A DNA stretch of 64,000 nucleotides, taken from contig DATGXG010000019.1 in NCBI GenBank assembly GCA_035299085.1, positions 78,783 to 142,782 on the forward strand, in the 5' to 3' direction. The notes below the pieces were generated by a model. The model did not search any database. It saw only the letters and a program-made list of their open reading frames with translations, and was not told the origin of the DNA. A program made the translations under genes and the position numbers. Source of the DNA: Bacteroidales bacterium (GTDB lineage Bacteria > Bacteroidota > Bacteroidia > Bacteroidales > UBA10428). Of the stretch, positions 57,053 to 64,000 are shown one piece after another (position 1 is the first letter of the stretch; each line of letters begins with the position of its first letter).

Positions 57053-57278
57053 CAAGGTATATAAGGCTTGCATTTAGCTACCATAATGCCGGCCCTAACG
57101 GGCCTGTAGCTTAAACCTTCGGTTTAAGCCTCGTGTTAGCTGCATAATAACCAGCAACTTGAGTTATTAGGCTATTAGTAGTTTGCTCCTCTCTATTAAG
57201 GGGTCGGAATCAGTTAATAGTCTAATTGCCTAATGGACTAATAGCCTAAATTTGCTAAGTTTGCAAAAAATTCTCCCC

Positions 57279-58553
57279 ATGAATATCCTCTTACTTGGCT
57301 CAGGCGGCCGTGAACATGCCATGGCATGGAAAATAAGCCAGAGTCCCAAACTTGAAAAACTTTTCATTGCCCCCGGAAATGCGGGGACATCCCTTCATGG
57401 AACGAATGTGGATATTGCCGCTGATGATTTTGAAAAAATCGGGCAGTTTGTTTTGGATAACACGGTTCATATGGTTGTGGTGGGACCTGAAGATCCTCTT
57501 GTAAAAGGAATAGCCGACTTTTTTGCATCGGATGAAAAATTAAAAAACATCCCTGTTATAGGTCCCTCAAAAAAAGCAGCCATGCTCGAAGGCAGCAAGG
57601 ACTTTGCAAAGGCTTTTATGCTCAGGCATCATATTCCCACAGCACGGCATAAATCGGTTACATTCACCCATATTTCAGATGGTATCCGTTTTCTCGAATC
57701 CATGAAACATCCCTATGTGCTGAAAGCCGACGGGCTGGCTGCCGGTAAAGGAGTTCTTATCCTGGATAACCTTAATGAAGCCCGTGAAGAATTACACAAC
57801 ATGCTGCAGGGAAAATTCGGGGAAGCCGGTAAAACGGTGGTGATTGAGCAATTCCTCTCAGGTATTGAACTTTCCGTTTTTGTAATCACCGATGGTAAAA
57901 GCTATAAAATACTACCCGAGGCAAAGGATTACAAGCGGGTTGGCGAGGCTGACAGCGGACCCAATACCGGTGGTATGGGCGCCGTTTCGCCGGTTCCTTT
58001 TGCTGACAAAGCGTTTATGAGCCGTGTGGAAGAACGGATTATCATTCCGACTATCAAAGGTCTTCAGCAGGATGAAATTGATTATAAGGGCTTTATCTTT
58101 TTCGGACTTATCAATTGCGATGGGGAACCGTATGTTATCGAGTACAATGCACGTATGGGCGATCCTGAAACCGAAGTGGTGATGCCCCGGTTAAAAAGCG
58201 ATTTTGTCGATTTGCTCGAAGGTGTTGCAAACGGAACACTGGCCGACAAAAATGTTTTATTTGATGACCGATATGCCACTACTGTAATGCTTACATCGGG
58301 CGGATACCCCGGATCCTATGAAAAAGGAAAGGAAATTACAGGACTTGATTTAACTTCCGGAAGCATTATATTTCATGCAGGAACCAAAATGAAGGACACG
58401 CGGGTTGTAACCAACGGAGGAAGGGTGATTGCGATTACTTCTTATGGAACCACCATGAAAGAGGCTCTTGAAAAAAGTTATAAAAACGCCCCGGTTATTG
58501 ATTTTGAAAAGAAATATTACAGGAAGGATATCGGTTTTGATTTGCAGTCTTAA
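57279..58553 (+). CDS. purD: Phosphoribosylamine-glycine ligase
   Basis: [18 protein letters not shown] start and an ATP-grasp core. Conserved throughout. Confidence 0.95.
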   Translation: MNILLLGSGGREHAMAWKISQSPKLEKLFIAPGNAGTSLHGTNVDIAADDFEKIGQFVLDNTVHMVVVGPEDPLVKGIADFFASDEKLKNIPVIGPSKKAAMLEGSKDFAKAFMLRHHIPTARHKSVTFTHISDGIRFLESMKHPYVLKADGLAAGKGVLILDNLNEAREELHNMLQGKFGEAGKTVVIEQFLSGIELSVFVITDGKSYKILPEAKDYKRVGEADSGPNTGGMGAVSPVPFADKAFMSRVEERIIIPTIKGLQQDEIDYKGFIFFGLINCDGEPYVIEYNARMGDPETEVVMPRLKSDFVDLLEGVANGTLADKNVLFDDRYATTVMLTSGGYPGSYEKGKEITGLDLTSGSIIFHAGTKMKDTRVVTNGGRVIAITSYGTTMKEALEKSYKNAPVIDFEKKYYRKDIGFDLQS

Positions 58554-58586
58554 TTGTCATACCTTTGGCTGGTAAAGCTATTATCA

Positions 58587-59279
58587 ATGAAACCGACCAT
58601 AGCCCTGATGTTTGTTCTTCTGCTCTCCGCAATATCCCTGTTTTCCCAGCAGATTCCTGAAGGTTACCTGCTGCAGTACCAGCAAAACTTCAACGGACCA
58701 AAAGTCCTGGCTGATTTTAAAACAGAAAACGCTGATAAATGGGGAATTTTCAAGAATGGTCCGAACTTCTATCTTGAATGTGCAGCTGCTGATTCTGCCG
58801 GAGTTCTACCTGCAAATATAGCTGTACTCGGAAACCGTGTTTTCGGTGATTTCATCATGGAAGCCGACATTATGGCGGGTCTGGACACTGCCGGTAACGG
58901 TGATGTCGGCCTTTTTCTCGGAATGCGCTATCCCTCTAAATACTATGTCATTCAGATTTCAAATATTGATGACAGCCTCCACAACGGGATATTTCTGCTT
59001 AGAAACGACCGTTTTGGAAAACTTGAAGGAAATGCAGCCAAAACTATATCGTGGGATAAAAATAAATGGCATAAGATCAGGCTTGAACGTAATATAATCA
59101 GCCGCACTATCCGCGTTTTTGTTGACAATATGACTACCCCATATCTGCTGACAAAAGATTACAACCTTATTATGGGTTCCGTTGGTTTCGGATCCTTTTC
59201 CGGCATGGCCCGTTTTGACAATATTAAAATATGGGCTCCCACCATGCTTACGGAGGAGGAGTTGAGGGAAATGGAGTAG
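58587..59279 (+). CDS. Secreted DUF1080 (3-keto-disaccharide hydrolase / LamG-like) protein
   Basis: Signal peptide, W..F..G.....L and a C-terminal ARFDNIKIW pattern. Confidence 0.6.
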   Translation: MKPTIALMFVLLLSAISLFSQQIPEGYLLQYQQNFNGPKVLADFKTENADKWGIFKNGPNFYLECAAADSAGVLPANIAVLGNRVFGDFIMEADIMAGLDTAGNGDVGLFLGMRYPSKYYVIQISNIDDSLHNGIFLLRNDRFGKLEGNAAKTISWDKNKWHKIRLERNIISRTIRVFVDNMTTPYLLTKDYNLIMGSVGFGSFSGMARFDNIKIWAPTMLTEEELREME

Positions 59280-59287
59280 AATTTTCC

Positions 59288-59319
59288 TTCCTTTCTTTGT
59301 CCTGTCACAAAGAAAGGAA
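59288..59319. terminator. 13-bp perfect-stem hairpin TTCCTTTCTTTGT-CCTGTC-ACAAAGAAAGGAA between convergent genes
   Basis: Read directly, 9 nt after the stop at 59279. Confidence 0.6.
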
Positions 59320-59438
59320 CAAAGAAAAGACCAGACAATACGATTCCCGACCCGCTCATAGCTATACCGGCTCCGCGTTTTGTCCAGGCCAGCCCGCTGT
59401 GCTTCGATCATTGCAGTGGTTTAATATTAAGTCCCTAT

Positions 59439-60974
59439 TTACAATTCAAAAATAGGGATCTCTTCATCAATCTTCTTCCCCCCTTCGGCGTTGAAGGTTT
59501 CAATCCAGCCGGGATTGTCTTTTCTCACGATCCATCCCGAAGTTCCCAAATCCATTTTGTTTAAGTGGTTCAGCTCACCTGAATTGCTTGTTACATCAAA
59601 AAGGTAAGTCTTTCCGCCAATCTGAGCCGAAGCGATGACATGGTTGAACTGGTTTTTAACCGGAAACATTTTCTCCGGTAAGCCCAGGTCGGATGTCCGG
59701 ATTAAAACCGGGTCACTTTGTATACCGTATTGCCTGAAAAGATTCACAAGAACAAGATTCAATTCAGCGGATGAACCTTTTCTTGTTTCCATAAAGTTTT
59801 TAAAAGGCTGGGCTGCCCTGTCCGAATACTGGCCATTCCATGCAAAGTTCTCCTTTACAAACCGGTAAACGGCATCCACACGCTCCAGTTCGTTTGCACT
59901 GGCAGGAAGCGTGTTTGCTTTTCCAAGACTTTTTATAAGATAATCTCCGAAATTCTCACTTTTCAACAGGTTGTCATTGAACTGCGACCAGGTTTTCATC
60001 CTGTAGTGCACATATCCCACATACTCAGAAGTATTCATCAAGGCATTCATATCGCCCCTGTATTCATAATCATCATGGGTTGTAAGAAGCAGAGGACGAA
60101 AAGCCCTGGGCAGGTTGCCGGATGATTCAAACAAATCGAACCTTACCTGGGGATAATAATAATTTACAGGTTGCTTTCCCGCAGAAGTATTAAGTCCGGG
60201 CAAATTTTTCATGATTATTTTTTTACGCACATCGTTCAACGCCCAGACTTTATAGCGATTTTCCGATGTGTTAAACAGAAGGTAATTATCCTGTACCATC
60301 TGGAAATGCCTTGGCCTTGCTTTAGTATTGTAGAGCCACTGCAGCTTTTCGCCATATATTCCTTCTTCACCGGCATCCAGGTTCCGGTTATTTTCAAAGC
60401 TCACCAGGTAAGTGAAAGGAGGAGGCACATTGAAGCGTATTTCACTCCATATAACCGGTATGTCACGCTGAAAATACCAGGTATCCAGCTTTTCAAAATC
60501 AAGGGAGGCAAGGTTATACGTGTATTCAATAACAACCCCCGGTTTCACCATGGGAAAGGTGAACTTTTTCTTACTCCACTGATCATTGATCTTAACATCT
60601 TCGATTTGTGAAGGCTCCACTTTGTATGTGAGCACCTTACCGTTTTCAAGAACAAGGGTTTGTGCCTTCAATTCATAGAAAACATCATGCTTGTTTTTTG
60701 ATTGATAGGGTATCTCAACAGAAGCATATCGTAAGCCTTCGTTGTTGAGAATTTTAATTCGGGTGTGACGGTTGTAAAAAGTACGGTTGCTGATCTCTAT
60801 GTTACCATAATCGCAAAGTACAATTGCAGGTGCATTTGCATCGGAACCTGCGGGTTGAATACTGAATTCGGCCGGATTGATCTTACCCCATTTTACAGGT
60901 TCCTTTGATCGGAAGCCGGCATATGCATGCACTGATGTAAAAAGCATCAGAAAATAAATGGCAAGGTTTTTCAT
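59439..60974 (-). CDS. Secreted DUF3857 / transglutaminase-like domain protein
   Basis: Signal peptide. The N-terminal DUF3857-like region (A.AI.L.D......) and the later ...GSSAELNLVLVNLFRQYGI... resemble a transglutaminase-like core. Family recall only. Confidence 0.5.
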   Translation of the reverse strand: MKNLAIYFLMLFTSVHAYAGFRSKEPVKWGKINPAEFSIQPAGSDANAPAIVLCDYGNIEISNRTFYNRHTRIKILNNEGLRYASVEIPYQSKNKHDVFYELKAQTLVLENGKVLTYKVEPSQIEDVKINDQWSKKKFTFPMVKPGVVIEYTYNLASLDFEKLDTWYFQRDIPVIWSEIRFNVPPPFTYLVSFENNRNLDAGEEGIYGEKLQWLYNTKARPRHFQMVQDNYLLFNTSENRYKVWALNDVRKKIIMKNLPGLNTSAGKQPVNYYYPQVRFDLFESSGNLPRAFRPLLLTTHDDYEYRGDMNALMNTSEYVGYVHYRMKTWSQFNDNLLKSENFGDYLIKSLGKANTLPASANELERVDAVYRFVKENFAWNGQYSDRAAQPFKNFMETRKGSSAELNLVLVNLFRQYGIQSDPVLIRTSDLGLPEKMFPVKNQFNHVIASAQIGGKTYLFDVTSNSGELNHLNKMDLGTSGWIVRKDNPGWIETFNAEGGKKIDEEIPIFEL

Positions 60975-61094
60975 ATGATGGATTTTAGTACTAATGGGAT
61001 TCGCAATTTTTATGCCAATAAAAAGTATTCTGTTTATAACCAGCTGTTGTATACTGGAAAAAATTTGTATTTTTATTTTGAACTAAACCATTGC

Positions 61095-61838
61095 ATGGCA
61101 TACAAGCACATTATATGTACCCTGCTGATATTCCTTGGTGTGTCAGCTTCATACACCGGCTCCCAACCTGCCATAGTTGAATCTGCAACGCTTTTTGATA
61201 CGTTCGCAGCCGATATCTATAATTCGCTTGGAGATTATTCTTTAAACTCAACTGCCTTTTCGCTTGCCCTTCTTGGACAGAAATCATTGATTGATAAAGG
61301 ACTTGTTCAGAAAAAAAACCTGCTTACAGTGATCGACTTCAGCAGGCCCTCAAATGAATACCGGTTTTTTGTGATCGATCTTTTCAACAGGGAAATTATT
61401 TTCAAAACACTTGTTGCACATGGCAGAAACTCCGGCGATCTCTACGCCAGCCGTTTTTCAAACAAACCGCAGTCGCACGAAAGCGCTCTGGGTTTTTATG
61501 TTACCGGTGACCCGTATATTGGTGGTCAGGGTTATTCGTTGCTGATGTGCGGAATGGATACCGGGTACAACGACAATGCCCGTCAAAGGGCAATTGTCAT
61601 ACACGGAGCCGACTATGTGACTGACAAGTATATTCAACGATACGGCAGGCTTGGAAGAAGTTTTGGCTGCCCTGCCCTGCCCCCTGATGTTAACCAGAGC
61701 ATTATCGATAAGATTAAGGAAGGTTCCGTTGTTTTCGGATACTATCCTGATGACCGGTATATGAAGAACTCGAGGATTCTTAGCCAGGCCCTGGCAAACT
61801 CCGATTCGATGGTTTATGGTCAGATACCGCTGAACTGA
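61095..61838 (+). CDS. L,D-transpeptidase catalytic-domain family protein (YkuD_2-like)
   Basis: VAHGRNSG...IVIHGADYV...GRSFGCPAL motif set. ATG at 61095 precedes a signal peptide. Confidence 0.7.
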   Translation: MAYKHIICTLLIFLGVSASYTGSQPAIVESATLFDTFAADIYNSLGDYSLNSTAFSLALLGQKSLIDKGLVQKKNLLTVIDFSRPSNEYRFFVIDLFNREIIFKTLVAHGRNSGDLYASRFSNKPQSHESALGFYVTGDPYIGGQGYSLLMCGMDTGYNDNARQRAIVIHGADYVTDKYIQRYGRLGRSFGCPALPPDVNQSIIDKIKEGSVVFGYYPDDRYMKNSRILSQALANSDSMVYGQIPLN

Positions 61839-63544
61839 TCCAGTGCAGCGAGTTCCTTACTGTCAATCCCGTAAATATCTTTATAGAAATATACTCTGCC
61901 GCTTTGATCTGCCTCACAGGTGATATAGGTGATCCTTACAGGCAGAGAAACATTCACCGGGTATTCATGCTGTTGCCCTGTTTTCATAGCCTGACTGAAA
62001 CCGGTTGTGTCGCAACTGATCCTATTCAGAATTAACGTTGCCAGTTTTTCAGGATGCTCAATTCTGATACAGCCATGCGAGAAAGCCCTGAGATCTTTTT
62101 GGAAAAGCGATTTGGAAGGAGTATCATGAAGGTAAACTGAATACGGGTTGTCGAATAGGAATTTTACCTGTCCGAGAGAATTATCAGAACCCTTGTTCTG
62201 CCGGAAAGTGTAATCAAAATCGGCTTCCGAAATATTGCTTAAATCAACCGAGTTTGCATCTACCAATTTATTATTCCTGTCCAGGATTTTAAATCCGTTC
62301 CGGCTCAGATAGGCTGAATCTTTTTTCAGTTTCGGCAAAATCTCGTTAACAGCTATTTTGCGGGGAACAAACCATACCGGGTTGGCAATTATCTTTTGCA
62401 GGTTACCTGAAATCAAAGGGGTTGGTGTAGAAGGATTACCTACTATGACCCTGAAAGTACCGGTCATCTTCCTTCCGTCATAGATTTTAAGTCGGTACGC
62501 AGGAATATTCACATATAGCATCCCGGAATCAGGATATTGATTTTTCCTCAGGCGGTCGAGGTTAAGGGCAAGCACTTTGTAACGGTAGAGAGTGGTTTTG
62601 CCAAGGGCTTCAATAGTGTTCAAACCTGCTCTGCCGTCAGCCGTAAGTCCGTGCAATTCCTGGAATTTCTTTAAAGCCTCCGTTGTGGTGATATTATCCG
62701 ACCTGTGCTGTATATATCCAAGTGAAACAAGAGCATCCCTTATTTCTTCCATTAACTCAATAGTATCTTTCTGCGGGTACTTTATTTCGGTGAATTCATC
62801 ATTTAATTCATGTGATCTTACATACAGTGCATTAGCTTTTCGAAGTTGTGTGTATTCAATAAATTTCGGTTCAACAGAAAGAATCCCGTTCTGAACATCA
62901 GAAGTATAGACACTTTTAAACAATATCTCTGGTAATTCACTTACCCAGGGCTGTGAGGCAAGAGTTGAATCAAGACATGTATATCCGTTATGCAGATTGA
63001 TCATCAACCGGAAAGCCGCATCAGTCATAAGAGCCTCAAGCTCCACATCAACCTCCTCATTCTCGCGGCTTCCCGGTCTTTTGATCAATTCTTCAATCTC
63101 CGAACTTATTTCTTTATAATAGTAATTATCGGGTTCGAGACCCATTTCCCGTGCATTTTGTATAAGTTTTGCAAGAGCTTTACCGTTTGCGTTTATTCCA
63201 TTATCCATCCAAACAGGTTTGAATCCGTTACGTGTGTATAAATCGGAAACAAGACTTCGGATCAGAACATTGGTGTCGGTTTTCTCAAGGGCGGCTCCGG
63301 AAATATGCATTCTCAGTGCATTCCGGATTTCAGGAGAAAAATAGACTGCCTTTGAAACGGCCTCGGGAAGGATTATTTCACCGGTATTCCTCTGGTAGCT
63401 TGTGCTGATCAACAGGATCAGCGCCAGCGGAAGTGTCGCCAGGATATATCTGAACGATTTCCGGTGAAAAGTTTCATTGGATAAAATTTTGCCAGTGTCA
63501 GGTTTTTTGGTGCCGCAATTTTCGATAACAGTAGTTTCGTGCAT
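61820..63544 (-). CDS. L,D-transpeptidase (YcbB-like: peptidoglycan-binding domain plus YkuD domain)
   Basis: PG_binding-like ALKKFQELHGLTADGRAG and the catalytic YLHDTPSKSLF...FSHGCIRIEHP. Confidence 0.8.
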   Translation of the reverse strand: MHETTVIENCGTKKPDTGKILSNETFHRKSFRYILATLPLALILLISTSYQRNTGEIILPEAVSKAVYFSPEIRNALRMHISGAALEKTDTNVLIRSLVSDLYTRNGFKPVWMDNGINANGKALAKLIQNAREMGLEPDNYYYKEISSEIEELIKRPGSRENEEVDVELEALMTDAAFRLMINLHNGYTCLDSTLASQPWVSELPEILFKSVYTSDVQNGILSVEPKFIEYTQLRKANALYVRSHELNDEFTEIKYPQKDTIELMEEIRDALVSLGYIQHRSDNITTTEALKKFQELHGLTADGRAGLNTIEALGKTTLYRYKVLALNLDRLRKNQYPDSGMLYVNIPAYRLKIYDGRKMTGTFRVIVGNPSTPTPLISGNLQKIIANPVWFVPRKIAVNEILPKLKKDSAYLSRNGFKILDRNNKLVDANSVDLSNISEADFDYTFRQNKGSDNSLGQVKFLFDNPYSVYLHDTPSKSLFQKDLRAFSHGCIRIEHPEKLATLILNRISCDTTGFSQAMKTGQQHEYPVNVSLPVRITYITCEADQSGRVYFYKDIYGIDSKELAALDQFSGI

Positions 63545-64000
63545 TTTTCCAACTTTTGGTTTCTGTCTGTGTATACGGCAGGACCAAAGTGTATGCGGAT
63601 CATTTTACACCAACAGATGATATGGCTTTGATGAAAAGATGAAAATAGGATATATATCGAATTTCATCTTGTAAGCCGGCCTTGAGTCAGGCCTATGGAC
63701 AAGGGGGTATTAGTAAACCAATAACCCCGGCCTGAAGGCACGGGGCTATTGAATAAACTTTATTGTCACAATTTCATTGTCACATTATATGGGCGTTAAA
63801 ACCAACTGTCCAAAAAAGCCCGAAATAAAAAAGCCCGAAAATGCTTGATTTTATTAGAGATTATAGGTAATTATGCAAACATACAACTCCAAAACGAAAC
63901 GTCCAAAATGTTGATATATGATTTAAAACTGCTTTAACCAAAACCTGCCTTTTTAAGCCTAAATCAGCCCTAATTTTAATATCCCGAAGTGTAAGTATAA

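Noticed and set aside
60975-61094. 40-codon N-terminal extension of the YkuD_2-like gene
   Set aside because: It abuts the start of the divergent neighbouring gene and contains no signal peptide. The Met at 61095 is followed by a clear signal sequence.
63545-64000. Searched the terminal 450 bp for a gene, tRNA or structured repeat
   Set aside because: It contains only weak direct repeats (ATTGTCACA x2, AAAAGCCCGAAA x2) and no ORF or RNA fold I can support. It is probably a promoter or leader for a gene beyond the window.

Overview
This 64 kb segment looks like a Bacteroidota chromosome. Supporting signs are T9SS type A and type B C-terminal sorting domains, a PorP/SprF gene, BlaR1(M56)-TonB fusions, DUF2723, and TAnnTTTG-like -7 boxes. 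Most of the window is housekeeping: methylmalonyl-CoA mutase mutA/mutB, fumC, prfB with its programmed +1 frameshift, recX, prmC, ribD, dxs, frr, pyrH, tsf, rpsB, rpsI, rplM, purD and one tRNA-Glu. Envelope and signalling genes are mixed in: an ECF sigma operon, a TPR-caspase protein, a propeller sensor with a PP2C phosphatase domain, an OmpA-like protein, an O-antigen-ligase-like protein, L,D-transpeptidases and a BlaI/BlaR1-TonB module. The main accessory locus lies at about 45.9-51.9 kb. It is a divergently organised lasso-peptide (RiPP) cluster with an Asn-synthetase-like cyclase, a PqqD-like B1, a B2 peptidase and three candidate tailoring enzymes (HprK-like kinase, sulfotransferase, nucleotidyltransferase). 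A 48-codon precursor ORF at 51762-51908 is too short for the supplied ORF track. The intergenic spacers also carry many structured repeats: 10-bp-phased GTTTGAA/TTCAAAC arrays, about 255-310 bp composite palindromic elements flanking a T9SS cargo gene, heptamer microsatellites and several long perfect hairpins. All calls come from reading the translations and the DNA by eye. No database search was run, so family names are motif-based recollections and start codons are best estimates.
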